A DNA stretch of 64,000 nt, taken from NCBI RefSeq assembly GCF_006345805.1, contig NC_043007.1, positions 27,714,001 to 27,778,000 of the forward strand, in the 5' to 3' direction. Positions within the stretch are counted from its first letter, which is position 1, and each line of letters starts with the position of its first letter. Source of the stretch: Octopus sinensis (lineage: Eukaryota). Shown here piece after piece: positions 38,730 through 51,789 of the stretch. Under the pieces are notes generated by a model. The model worked only from the letters and a program-made list of their open reading frames with translations. It was not told the origin of the DNA and searched no databases. The translations under genes were made by a program, and so were the position numbers.

Positions 38730-39228
38730 AGGCGCAGGCGTGGTTGTTTGGTAAGAAACTGGCTTTCCAACCACATGATTCCGGGTTCAATTCCACAGCA
38801 CAGCACATTGGATAAATTTCTTCTGTTACTTGCCTCGGCTGGGCTAAAGCTTTATGATTGGGTTTCGTAGACGGAAATTGAATGAAACCCATCATATAAA
38901 CATATGTATATATTTATGCATGTGTGTCTGTGTTTGACCCCATATTACTGCTTTACAACCGCCGCCGGCACCGCCGTATATGTGTATAGATATATATCTG
39001 TGTGTGTTTTTTTTTGTGTCTGTGTTTGTACCCCACCAGTACAGCTTAAGTACCGACGCTGATGTGTTTATATCCCAGTAATCTAGTGGTTCGGCAAAAG
39101 AGACCGATAGAATATGTACCAAACTTTAGCATATATTACTGGCTTCGATACATTCGACTAGAAATTCTTCAAGGCGGTGCCCCAACATGGCCGCAGTGAA
39201 ATGACAGAAACAAGTAAATCATAAAAGA
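38730..39228 (+). mobile_element. Composite SINE: tRNA head, internal TA/TG microsatellite, conserved tail
   Basis: Head ggcgcaggcgtggttgtttggtaagaa..ggttcaattcc; tail ..ttcgactagaaattcttcaaggcggtgccccaacatggccgcagtgaaatgacagaaacaagtaaa. The same architecture occurs inverted at 39895-40255. Confidence 0.75.
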
Positions 39229-39332
39229 TATGGTGTGCTGCTAACAGATTGTATTTGTTTAGAGAAGATTAATATAAATAACAGACATCCTATATCATTA
39301 TTGTTTTCTGTTACCTAATATCATAAATTTGT

Positions 39333-39641
39333 GGAGGCGCAATGGCCCAGTGGTTCGGGCAGCGGACTCGCGGTAGTAGGATCGCGCTTTCGATTCCCAT
39401 ACCGGCCGTTGTGAGTGTTTATTGAGCGAAAACACCTAAAGCTCCATGAGGCTCCGGCAGGGGGCAGGGGCGATCCCTACTGTACACTTTCGCCACAACT
39501 TTCTCTCACTCTTTTTTCTGTTGGCCAGCTCACTTAGCCAGCGGGTTGGCGTCGTTTGAACGCCAAAATAATGCGAAGCGCAATGTGACCAGTGATGTGT
39601 AGCAACATCTGATAGCCTGGTCGGTCACGGTGTTCACGGTG
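39333..39641 (+). mobile_element. tRNA-derived SINE (OR-like head, alternative tail) with 14-bp TSD
   Basis: ggaggcgcaatggcccagtggttcgggcagcggactcgcgg...; flanked by aatatcataaattt at 39317-39330 and 39642-39655. Confidence 0.88.
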
Positions 39642-39894
39642 AATATCATAAATTTATATTCAAAATTATGAAAATGTTAAGTTGATTTTGGTAATTAACA
39701 TCAAAACTTAATGTGGATGGTAGATGTAATATTCGATTGTTGAACTGTTAAAATATGTCGCAATTTGCTAAAAACACAATAAAAGTGTTTTTGTCTATTT
39801 TAGAAAATTATTTTTAAAAGTATATTTGTGAGGATTATTTATATTATCACCGTTAAATGGAGTATATTCTGTATGATAGTATCTTTTTTTTGTT

Positions 39895-40255
39895 TTTGGT
39901 TTTTGTTTCAGTCATCTGAGTGCGCCCATGCTGGGGCAACATGTTGTGGAATCGAGTTAAATTGACCCCGGTATTGTTTTGTTTTAAGCCTGCTACTTAT
40001 TTTATCGATCTCTTTTGCCTAAGCGCTATATTACGGGGACATAAACACACCAGCACCGGTTGTCGCGCGATGGTGGGTGACAAACACATACACAAAGACA
40101 CGCACGACGCTCTTCTTTCAGTTTCCGTCTACCAAATCCGCTCACAAGTCTTCGTTCGGTTCGGGGCTATAGTAGAGGACACTCGTCCAAGCTGCCACGC
40201 AAGGGACTGAACCTTGAACCATGTGGCTGGGAAGCAAACTTCTTACTACACAGCC
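39895..40255 (-). mobile_element. Composite SINE (same family as 38730-39228)
   Basis: Head at 40105-40255; tail tttgtttcagtcatc.gagtgcg.ccatgctggggca at ~39900. Confidence 0.75.
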
Positions 40256-40550
40256 GGAAAGAAGTTTATTGACGATTGTATAAAATAAGAGTGTATAGTT
40301 AAAGCAAACTATAACATTTAGTAATTTGCTACGCAAGAAAATGTTCTAAAAATATAACGGACGCTTAAATGTAAAACTAGAATTTTCCTGAAATTGTAAA
40401 ATATGGGTATGGAAGAAAATATATTTTGTTCTCTAGCAGAGTGAATAATTTGGCTTAGACTCGTGTTACAAACGACGGTATGCCATTAAAATCGATTTCA
40501 AACATAGGTTTTGTAGCATGCATACACACAAACATACATACATCCTATAT

Positions 40551-40614
<64 letters not shown>

Positions 40615-41321
40615 ATATATATATATAATATATATATACATACGTGCGTGTGTGTGAGTGTGTATATTGTTTGAAGTGGTGTACAAATTTGATGTATTAG
40701 GAATGAGGTAGTCCGGATTTTGGATAATTATTTATTTAGCACTTTCATCTCTTCCGAAAGATTCATGCTGAATGATTTATTAACGAAAATTACTGTGTTG
40801 ATTATTTAGAGAATGTTTACAGCGATGCCTGGAGTTAAATTCATTCGGAAATTAGATTAGAAATATAAGGCGTTTTCAATATCCTACATGTCAGTTACGT
40901 TTGTGCGCTTATTGAATGATTGAAGTTTGAAGATAGCTATTTCATACGATATCGAATGGTAGATTTCACGTCATTAGTTAGTATATGTGCATGGCATACC
41001 ATATAATAGAATTGCCACTAGGTATTGAGGACGTGTTAGGAGAGACATATATAAAATGTAACAGGAGTCTTAATCATATTACTAGAATTACGAAAACAAT
41101 GTGCGTAGGTTAAATCGTTATTTGAATTGGTTCACAGTTATCGCAATATAGGTTAAGAAGGTGACATATGGCCGGGTTATTGAACTTAACAAATTTCCTT
41201 AAATTCAATAGTTATTGCCATAGAAACGGATATTTTCAGTTTGGAGAATTTAGACTTAGACATGATCTGAGCAATATCATACGAGGTTGAGCAGAAAATT
41301 ATATATACACACACACACACA

Positions 41322-41390
<69 letters not shown>

Positions 41391-41727
41391 GGTATATGAA
41401 TTCTATTGTTGCGCGCGTATGTGTGTGTGGGTTTCTATGTATATACATATACATTTGGCGGATGGTGCGAGGGAGGATGTGTACTTTTTCAAGTGAGGGT
41501 GGATGAATGCATACTGTTAGGCGCACGCACGTGCGTGTGCGAGCGCGCACGTATGAGTATGAACATGCGCGCTTACGCGAATACTATGAACTTTTTTAAC
41601 CCCTTACTTTTACTCCCTCCCATCACTTAGCGGTCATTCAAATAGCTCTTTTGTCTTAATAATGGTCAATCACACAGTAATTTCCCTTTGAATGACGGTC
41701 ATTTTTCAAAGCATTTTCCGATGGCCG

Positions 41728-41788
41728 GATAACTGAAGAGATGGCGGCGTGGATTTCCACCTTAGCATCCGAAACTTGGAGTTTTATC
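41728..41788 (+). ncRNA. Type-I hammerhead ribozyme candidate
   Basis: gataa-CUGAAGA-gatg...catc(c)-GAAA-cu-ugg-a-GUU-ttatc: stem I 5 bp, stem III 3 bp, stem II 4 bp with one extra C and an internal gtgg/ccac hairpin. Confidence 0.65.
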
Positions 41789-41834
41789 ATGGATACCGAA
41801 TAATTGTCACATATGACATTTACAGTTATATATA

Positions 41835-42081
41835 TATATAAGAAAAAGGGACAGGCAACAGGTTGCTTGGCCGCATACCGAAAAAGTAGAAATAGCAGTC
41901 AAGAATGCTTATTTCTATTTTCCACAAGTGGGGCTCCACACACGACAAAGCCTGCATTCACAGAGTTTTGTGTGGTGTGGGGCCCCACTTTTGGAAAATA
42001 GAAATAAGCATTCTTGACTGCTATTTCTACTTTTTCACTATGCGGCTAAGCAACCTGTTGCCTGTCCCTTTTTCTTATATA
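41835..42081. mobile_element. Palindromic MITE-like element, ~108-bp near-perfect arms
   Basis: 41835-41943 is the reverse complement of 41975-42081 with about 5 mismatches (aagaaaaagggacaggcaacaggttgctt...tcaagaatgcttatttctattttcca). Confidence 0.9.
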
Positions 42082-43283
42082 CAGTATATATACTGAACTT
42101 TACAGAAGTTCCTACCGTTAATCGCTATATTTACATACCGACTTCTACCAAAATAATTGTGGTTTTTTTTTAAAACCATTATAGAAATTATTTACTCTTA
42201 TTATATATATATATGAGTTTACTATAGTCCAGAAGGAAATGAGTGTATTTTTTGTATTATTTCTGGTTTTATGCATTGCAGCGGTGTGCATATATTCGCA
42301 TTGTAATTCAGTTCCTCAGAAAAGTCACTTCTAATTGCTTTATCGCAACGTTCTGCTCTCCCATTAAGAATCTGATCATGATAAGATGAGGTGGAAAATG
42401 CTTATGAGTGTCCAAATTCACTGTTGCTACGGACAGAAGATGAGATGACGTTTTGTAACTTTTCATTGGGCATATTAGGGGGCCAAATTTTATAAGGAAC
42501 TCATTTTAAGGATCTATTATATATTCATCTGTTGACTGTTCAGTTTTCAGAATGTTAATAGCGGAAAACAAACCTGACTGGGAATGACAGATTATTTAAA
42601 TTAAAACATTCCCCAATGCAGAATATTATAAACTACGAATTAAGATTATGTAGCTTTTAAACAAAGAATTGTTACTTAATGATATTTTTATTTTAATAAT
42701 CCGTGTCTTTTTTTTTTCTTTTCGTCTGTAAATCATTGCATTATTTCATTCAAATTCAAATTTTATTTGTCTTTCATTTTAAGCATTTTGAATTACCCCA
42801 ATCTAAAATTCATTATAATTTCATTTTCATGCATTTAGGGATTATGTAGTTTAATTGAAGATATCACATTTTCGTACGTTCTCTTTAAATATATACAACC
42901 TCCCAAGAAAATGAACGACGTGTAACGATGCGCATATTAACGATAACCATTCCTCCACGCATACCATCAGACTCTTTCTCGTGTAATGTCTCAACATATG
43001 TTCTGTATTATCCTTTCTCTAAAGATATTTGAATTAAACACCTCCAAGTTCTAGCATTTTATACGTGTTCTGTTACACCTTCTTCGAACTGCATTTCTGT
43101 TAGATTACTAGGAGCATTCAGCCCTATTTTCTCTTATTTCGTCTTTTAAATAATATGTACTTCAACGCCCGAAATCTAAATATTTTACAAAATTTGAAAA
43201 TCCTGCTTTTAATCAATATAAAAAAAAAAATTGCACAGTATACATATATGCATACATATGTAACATAGTAACATATGATATTA

Positions 43284-43320
<37 letters not shown>

Positions 43321-44379
43321 CATTACATAAGTGTGAGAGTAGATGTAGAGGAGATATTAAATGTGCCGTTGTGACAGATATGTCTACGTTGTAACATATA
43401 TATGTATATATAAATATGTGTATGTGTGCATGTGTGCATTCGTGTATGTGTGTGTGTGTGCGTGTATGTGTGTGTCACAAACAACTATAGCTTCATAAAT
43501 ATGTATTTATTTGGAAACCGCAAAAACAAAAGAAATAATCATGTCTTATAAATATATAACGTTCGAGGATGTTTCTTCTACATGGCTTCAGAATATGTAA
43601 TTAGGAAAACATTATGAATTATATATAATATACATATATATATATCTGTCGAAAATGAAATTATTCTTACAAGCGGGAATATCATTTTACACTAAATTTT
43701 CAAATGAATTACAATTCAGAAATATTTTTTTCATTTCTTATGTACGATGTCATAGTGATAAGGGAAGCGTGTGTATAAATTTTAAATATATAGACAGAGG
43801 AAATGTTTCTATGAATTCCAAGAATTATTTATATAAGTACCAGTTCAATGTACTGTGTTGGTTTGTCACGTGATTCACATCTAACCAAATCAATAAAATG
43901 GTGAATGTTCAATTTTCCAAACCGAAGTCGTCGACGTTGCTCTCTGTCCAGTTCTAAAATACACACATGACGTAATTGTTCCTGAAACTATGCATAAAAT
44001 GTTTGAGAAATTAGAGCCAAATTATGTTCAATAATTTTCTGTCCAGGTAAATGGAAAAGCCGCATTGGATGTAACAAAAAGTCTTATATAGAATACCTGT
44101 GAAGTTGAACATTTAACTATTTATTTGGTCATCTATCTACAGCCGAAATGTTCAATAAACCAACACGAGTAAATAATGTCATATAATAAAAAGTTTATGA
44201 TAAATGTGGATCCATTTCCGGGTCATCTTTCGTATGCGTGTCGTTCGGACGTAAAATTACATCAACGATAGAAGCGCTTTGATCTACGTGCATTGTAATT
44301 CATAGCACGTACAGACGGACATACAAACGCGCGCGTCGCACTCACGCACACACACACATGCATGTACATCTACATATGC

Positions 44380-44418
<39 letters not shown>

Positions 44419-44460
44419 ATATATATAATATTATATATATTATATATATATATATTTATA

Positions 44461-44756
44461 CTAGCAGATATCCGCCGGCGTTGCTCGGTTTTGTAAGGGA
44501 AATAACTATATAAGCCTTTTAGAGAGTTACTTCCTTATATAATAGCAAAAAAATGCATTAAAAATGGGAAAAAGTGATGGTAATTTTTTTAAATCGTAGA
44601 CTCATCGTAGACGCGCGCTGATACCCAGAAGGGCTCGATATGAATCACGACTATAAGATACTCGAATTTGGTAAACTGCACAAACGCACATGTGGGAGTA
44701 GTTAGGAATCTAAATCGTAGGAGACAAACACACAACTTCACTTTTATATATAAAGA
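44461..44756 (-). mobile_element. Non-autonomous Helitron-like element
   Basis: Minus strand TCtttatatata...gagcaacgccggcggatatctgCTAG; 3' part shared with 28863-29208. Confidence 0.8.
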
Positions 44757-45469
44757 TATGCATGTACGTCTATATACAGACATACGTACACACACGTTTA
44801 TATATATGATAAAATAACGAAGGTGATCATACGCAATATAACATATGAAAAATTCCATTGTCACTAGTCGTGACTCACTCTGTATGGTAGCACTTCGATC
44901 GCTAGATATCATAGTTGAAATCCCTTATCTGCAAAGAAGAGTATGTCTATTCAATGAGAGGGGAGATATCTGTCCCAAAGCGAGATCATCATACCAGTCC
45001 AGTGTCTTTGAAACTCAGTGGTGTCTACTCCATCGCTGGATAGGTTGGCTAACCCCCCAATATATATGTGTATGTGTGTGCGTGTGCCTGTGTGCATGCG
45101 TGTGTATGTATTTATAGAGATCGATAAGGAAGGATATACGTATATTTACATGGAAGTATCATGCGGTAAGTGTCTTTCAACAAATGCATGTTCCAAGAGA
45201 CCCATATCATTAATACAAAATCAAGCACTAACCATTTAAAGAAAAAAAAGTATACATTTGTAAAGGATGATACAAGGTAATTAAATCAACACTCAGTCAG
45301 GCCCCAGGATACAATTTAGGGAACTCATTGAAATTAATAATCACATACAACATCAAGATGAAAATTCAGAAATCGAACGCAAGGAAAGCGAATCAAATGA
45401 ATAATTATTAGAACATTAAGAACTTTACGAATAATACAGATTTTATATTAATATTCTCTTCTGCTTTAT

Positions 45470-45698
45470 GCATAAGGCCCGAATTTTTTTTTTTTTTGGG
45501 GGGGGGGCGGACCCGGTCAATTAGTTCGACCTCAATACGCAACTGGTACTTAATTCATCTATCACGAACCGATGAAAAAGCAAGGATGACTTCGGTGGAA
45601 TATGAAATCAGAACATAAAAACTGACGAAATATCGTTGAGCACTTCGTTCGGCGTGCTTACAACAGAGCCAGCTCGCTGCCTTTTAAAATGATGATAA

Positions 45699-45742
<44 letters not shown>

Positions 45743-46062
45743 ACAACAAAGTATTTAAAATGTTGAAACAAAATTGAGATTCTTGTGGAGTTTTGTCCGA
45801 ATGTATTTTTTTCTATTTCTATATAGTGTACAGCCTTTGATGCACGCAGTTCGGTTGTGATATGTTGTACTTCCTCTGTTATTTATAATAATAATAATAA
45901 TAATAATATTTTTTTTTTTTTTTTTTTTACTACCCACAAGGGGCTAAACACAGAGGGGACAAATAAGGACTGACAAATGGATTAAGTCGATTACATCGAC
46001 CCCAGTACGTAACTAGTACTTAATTTATCGACCCCGAAAGGATGAAAGGCAAAGTCGACCTC
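45470..46062 (-). mobile_element. Two partial or degenerate copies of the dominant SINE
   Basis: Family motifs at 45510-45682 and 45928-46062. Confidence 0.8.
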
Positions 46063-46189
46063 TAATAATAATAATAATAATAATAATGATAATAATAATG
46101 ATAATAATTTTATGAGGTATCAGTTCATATACAGACGGTGCCACTGCATGGCCACATACGTAAGGTTGAAACGTATAAGAGAATAAAAT

Positions 46190-46192
46190 AAC

Positions 46193-46238
<46 letters not shown>

Positions 46239-46630
46239 ATGGTGATGGTTGTGGTGGTGGTGCTGGTGTGGTGGTGGTGGTGATGATGATCATCATCATC
46301 ATCATATGGTGATGATGGTAATGATGAGGATGATACTGATGATGTTGATTATGATGATGGTGATGAGGGTGATGATGATGCTGATGATGATGACGACGGT
46401 GATGATGTCGATGGTGATGATGACTATGATGGTGATGAGGATGATGATGATGATGGTGATTTTGAGGATGGTGAGTATGATGATGATGATGATGGTGATG
46501 TTAGTGGCGATGATGATGAATATGGTGATGATGGTGATGATGACGATGATGATGATGGTGACGATGATAGCTTTTGTTGTTATCACTAACGTTACTATTA
46601 TTGTTATTGTAATGGTTGTTGTGTTGATAA
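46190..46630. repeat. Compound (GAT/GGT)n trinucleotide mosaic
   Basis: Direct observation. Confidence 0.9.
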
Positions 46631-47171
46631 GCGTTATCATTTATTTATTAATTTTTTTTTTTTTGGTCTCTTCTCACTTTTGTTTTGTTCGTAATTCTAC
46701 CGCTTTCCTTCTTTCTCTCCATGTTGCCAACCGTATTCAGCGGCAATAGTACAAGCGAATTCTTTGTAACCGTGTGTGATATTCTCTTCTTTTTATCCTT
46801 TTTTTATCCTTGAATTGCATATGTTTTCCGAGGAGTATGTACGGGTGTGTGTGTGTGTGTGTGTGCGTATGTGTGTTTGTTGTTGCCGTTGTTGTTGTTG
46901 TTGTTGTAGAGTCTTATTTCTGTTCGTGCAACTTCTACTTATAAACGGAAAGAATTAAACATAAAAATAATCGTTATAACATATTAGATATTGTAAAACA
47001 AATCGATATTTTATGTATATGTTCTCAGACAAAGACTTTCATTCAAACACGAACAGTTACACTCATTCACATCCTCAATGATATATATGCGGATTTTACA
47101 TACATATACACACACATAAACACGAATATGTTTACAGAGAGTATGTTATATTATACATATTCTATACATTT

Positions 47172-48060
47172 AAGGCGGTGAGCTGGCAGAAGTGTTGGCG
47201 CGCCGGCCGAAATTCTTACCGTATTCGTCTGTCGTTACGTTCTGAGTTCAAATTCCGCCGAAGTCGACTTTGCCTTTCATCCTCGGGGGCGATTAAATAA
47301 GTACCAGTTATGCACTGGAGTCGATGTAATTGACGTAATATGTTTGTCTGTCCTTGTTCGTCCCCTCTATGTTTTGCCGCTTGTGGGTAATAAAGAAATA
47401 AGAAACGTTAGAACGCCGGGCGAAATTCTTGGCGTTATTTCGTCTGCTGTTACTTTCTGAGTTCAAATTCTGCTGCGGTCGACAATGCCTTTAATCCTTT
47501 TAGACCGATAAATTAAGTACCAGTTAGGCACTGGGGACGATGTAATCGACTCAATCCCTTTGTCTGTCCTTGTTTGTCCCCTCTATGTTTAGCCGCTTGT
47601 GGGTAATAAAGAAATATGAAACGTTAGAACGCCGGGCGAAATTCTTGGCGGTATTTCGTCTGCTGTTACCTTCTGATTTCAAATTCTGCTGCGGTCAAGA
47701 TTGCCTTTAATCCTTTTAGGTCGATAAATTAAGTACCAATTACGCACTGGGTTTAATTTAATCGACTTATTCCCTTTGTCTGCCCTTGTTTGTCCCCTCT
47801 ATGTTTAGCCCCCTGTGAGCAAAAAAGAAATTAATTATATAGATTTAAGCCTACGAACTGGTAGAATCGTTAACACCACAGACAAAGTGCTTTGTGATAT
47901 TTCGTCCGTCTTTACGTTCTAAGTTCAAATTCCGCCGTGGTCGATATTGCTTTTTATACTTTCGGAGTCGATAAAATAGGTACCAATCAAGCACTGGGGT
48001 CGATGTTATCGACTTCCTCGTCCCATCAAATTTTGGAATGGTACCAAAATTTGAAACCGC
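47172..48060 (+). mobile_element. Head-to-tail trimer of the dominant SINE plus an adjacent degenerate copy
   Basis: aaggcggtgagctggcagaa head; units rejoin at taaagaaata(a/t)gaaacgttagaacgccgggcg (~47395 and ~47610); a fourth copy lies at 47850-48060. Confidence 0.88.
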
Positions 48061-49271
48061 TATGTCATATTTTACATATTTGCATACTGTCGTATGCACA
48101 TGTGTGTATAACTCTGTGTGTACATCTTGGTGTGCTCATGAATTAAGTCTTTATATGTCCTATGTACGCAGGCGCTCGCGTGTGTGTGTGTGAGTGTAGG
48201 GTGTGCGCCTTCGCAAATACGTGCACCTGTGTATTTTTGTGAGTTTTTATAGGTGGATATATGTATGCGTACATGGTTGTGTATATTTGTAGGCGTGCGA
48301 GAGTGTGTGGGCTGTATGTATGTGGAGAATGCAGGGTGTATGTGAGTGTGAGCGAAAATATATTTGTGTGTGTATGTGCGTGGGTCTCTGTGTGTATGAA
48401 TGAAGACTGCGTATGTGTATCTATGTGAGATTTTGTGGGTGGATATATACGAGTGCTTATTTTTTGTGCGTGTATTTTGCAAGTCTGTGCATGTGAATGT
48501 ATATGTGTATATGAATGTATGAGGGGTAGTGTGTATGTGTGTGAGTAGGTGACTCTGTATCGTCAACCGAGGAATTAAAACTAAAGTCCGCACCCAGTGA
48601 ATAAGACCCGTGTGAAATTAACAGTTATCAATTTATTGATTTCTTCGTCAACAACATATGGCTGGAATTAAGGCAGAAGAGACACACGGACTGCACTCGA
48701 TTCGCGAATGTTCTGTACACGTCGGACGGCGGGCGGACGATAGCTGGTGCTGTGAATGTTCTTGTTGACTTAAATTAAATTAAAATTTAAAAGAATACAT
48801 TTGAGAGCAATATTACTGATATCAGACTTCAATCAGAAAAATAGAAAACAACACACATTAATGTAAATTTTCGAATCAACAAAAAATGTTAAAGAAATAT
48901 ATAATGGTTGATTATAAAACTATAGGAAGAGAAAAAATAATAATAAATATTAATAGCCATTAATTTGCATACTTAATCATGTTTTCTTTAAGTTTTAATT
49001 TTAAATTATCATTCTCAAACGAAACAATTAGCTATTACCAAAGTTCTTCGCTCAGATTCAGAAATGGGCATAGTATTTTAGTGTTGGATGTGTGTATATG
49101 ACTTTGCTTGCCTGGTTGTATATATGTTCATACGCTCACTCATTCGTTAGTGTCTGTAACAAGTGTGTAGGATGAGAGCGGGGAGTGAGTGAGAGTGTGT
49201 GGTTTCAATTTTTGTCTTATATGCTTACCCGAAAGAATCTCTTAGTATATTTAATATATATATATATATAT

Positions 49272-49645
49272 ATTAAGGGCATTACTATATATAAATGCCT
49301 CACGCTATGAGGGACTCTTAAAGTCAAAACTACCATAATAAACACATTGTACCGAACGCAAGGGAATGCAACTCTCGAAGAGAGCCTTTCAAAACAGATT
49401 CAACTGTAGATCATATGATTTCATAATTAGTGCACAAAATGCACTTTTAATCGTCATTGCATGTTTTTCACTAATTATCCTTGATAGTTCCGAACAGGAA
49501 AGTCTCCCGGAACTGAATCTGTTTTTAAAAGGCTCGCTTCGATTGTTGCATTCCCTCGCGTTCGGTACGATGTGTTTATTAAGGTAGATTTGACCTTAAG
49601 AGTCCCTTCTAGACTAAGGCATTTATGTATAATAATTCCCTTAAT
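49272..49645. mobile_element. Palindromic MITE-like element, ~130-bp arms
   Basis: 49272-49402 versus the reverse complement of 49514-49645 (attaaggg..taaatgcc..agggactctta.gtcaaa..aataaacacat.gtaccgaacgc.agggaatgcaac); flanked by TA-rich sequence. Confidence 0.85.
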
Positions 49646-50483
49646 ATAAATAACTATATTTAAAGGAAATAATTAATAATTTTTCCCTTTTAAGGTTTTT
49701 CACGCTAACTATTATCTATCTATATGTATGTCTGTCTATGTGTACTTATGTATGTGTGCCTGTGTGTGTGAATATGTGTGTGTGTATATATAAAGGTGTA
49801 GCTTCACGCAATTCGTAGGATATATATAAATAAAGCAACTCTCAGAAACAATCGCAGTTTCTTGGCGAAGAAGGTTTTCAATTTATCTGGTATCGAATTA
49901 CGATAAGCTGAAGAGAGTTAATCTTATGGTTCGCGTTCAGGAAGAGGCATTGTTTCATATGCAAATGAATATCAAAAAGTTAGAAATATAAGTTTGGCTA
50001 CATATTTGTTATAGCTAGAGGAACCTCGGAATTAGTATATAATTTTCAGATAATAATCTCAGATTATTCCGAAGAACATACCTGCTTAAGGCCAATCACG
50101 TTTCTGCTTATGTTCCCAGCAATTGATACTAAATTTGAGCAGTAGTAATGAATAATAGCGTCTTTTCTATAAAATGAGGCACCCTCATCAATTAATTGAA
50201 ACTTTTGAAGCAATGAGTCGTGAGGATGTGATGCGCGCATTGGCGTATTTGATGTGAGAACTTCAGGTAAGAACTGCTGGCGTCTGCGCTTATCCAGAAA
50301 TGATAGATGTCCCTAAATTTTTGGCGAGAAAACTATCAAGTTGTTTAACTAATAGGAATTCGGATTTGTTTCTTTCCGATTCTTGAATGAATGGTAATTT
50401 TCTTTTATTTTTATCTTTGTTGCTATGGATTGACCTCAACTCAGTCATCTCACAAAAGCATCAGTACTGGCAAACCCACGGTG

Positions 50484-50610
50484 AGGGAGAAAAAGAAGAA
50501 GGAAAAGAAAAAGAAGAAGAAGAAGAAGAGAAGAAGAAGAAGAAGAAGAAGAAGAAGAGAAAGAAGAAGAAGAAGAAGGAGATGAAGAAGAAAAAGAAGA
50601 AGAAGGAGAA
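50484..50610. repeat. (AAG)n microsatellite
   Basis: Direct observation; it explains the poly-K/E/R/F ORFs. Confidence 0.95.
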
Positions 50611-51249
50611 GAAGTTTCCCATAACATCCGATGATTTTGACAACCAGCAGAACAAAATGTTGCAAATCTTATACGTCACAGCATAAAAATCAAACATACG
50701 TTCAACATAAGTGACTTCGATAATTTATGAAGATTGATGGGTCCCTTCACAACTGTAGATACTAATTATAAACGTACAAGGTGCAATTAATTCATCTCAT
50801 GTCTACCTCATGTTCAAAGTAAGATAAGACAAAGGGAAAACGACAAATACACAAAACACAAAAATACAGATTTTCAAAATTTCAGGAAAAAAAACAAAAA
50901 AACATGACATCAAGTTTCTCGTGTTTGTAACTGGATAAAGATATAAAGAAACATTCGGAAAAAGGTTTGTTAAATATTCTAATAAAAATCAGAAGACAAT
51001 CAGAAGACAATCAGAAATATCTAATGAAAATAGTAGTGTGGAAAGCGGTTGTCTAATAAATTTCATCACGAAAATTGCTCATAAATTCATCACATTTGAA
51101 ACCATTAATAGACGATAGATATGACTTAGAGCTTCGACTATGTTCCTGACCCCAAAACTATGATTTTGACAAGATTAATTTAACTAATTTATTATTTTAT
51201 AGATTCTCTGACGTCTCAAGCCGAAGGATTTTCATTCTTGTTTATTATT

Positions 51250-51250
51250 A

Positions 51251-51281
<31 letters not shown>

Positions 51282-51392
51282 CTATGTTTGAGTTTTGCTT
51301 TATATTTGTACAAATTGGCTCCAAGTCTCACCCAGAGACCTCAAGAGACAACAGGTTGGAAGTTCATGTTGTTGTTATGCCTAGTGTGCCAT
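51250..51392 (-). mobile_element. Probable LINE 3' end with (TAA)n tail
   Basis: Minus strand ggcacactaggcataacaac..tgaacttccaacctgttgtctcttgaggtctctgggtgagacttggagcc..aaacatag followed by (AAT)n. Confidence 0.5.
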
Positions 51393-51543
51393 ATATTTTT
51401 TTGGGGGGGGGGGACTTTTTGGTGTTGTACTAATGAATGCCTTAAAAAATTTTTTTTTAATTTTTTTTTTTTTAAACCGAAAATTATGTTTGTTTTAAAC
51501 CTTGAGATTACATAGAATGTATTTTGCGTAGGATATGAGCAGT

Positions 51544-51574
<31 letters not shown>

Positions 51575-51789
51575 ATTATTATTATTATTATTTTGTTTTA
51601 ATAGTATCGAGGTGTCGGGCAATCACACGTTTGTTGAAAAATGACGATTTTGATTGTTTTGGCATAATTTCGCTGCAAAATTTTCAATATTTTACTCAGA
51701 CTAATATCTGCTAAGACATTAGTGATAGCCACAAAACAGGGATAAACATGACGTAGAATCACTTTAAAAATTCCCAGTATAGAGCACTT

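Noticed and set aside
50387-50686. Signal-peptide-like ORF with poly-E/K, and a possible 36-nt exon at ~50444-50479
   Set aside because: Mostly (AAG)n; the splice signals alone are insufficient evidence.
50700-50980. Possible inverted pseudo-LTR partner of 53600-53850 for the old PLE
   Set aside because: Only short patchy matches (catcaagttt, aaaaggttt); needs alignment.
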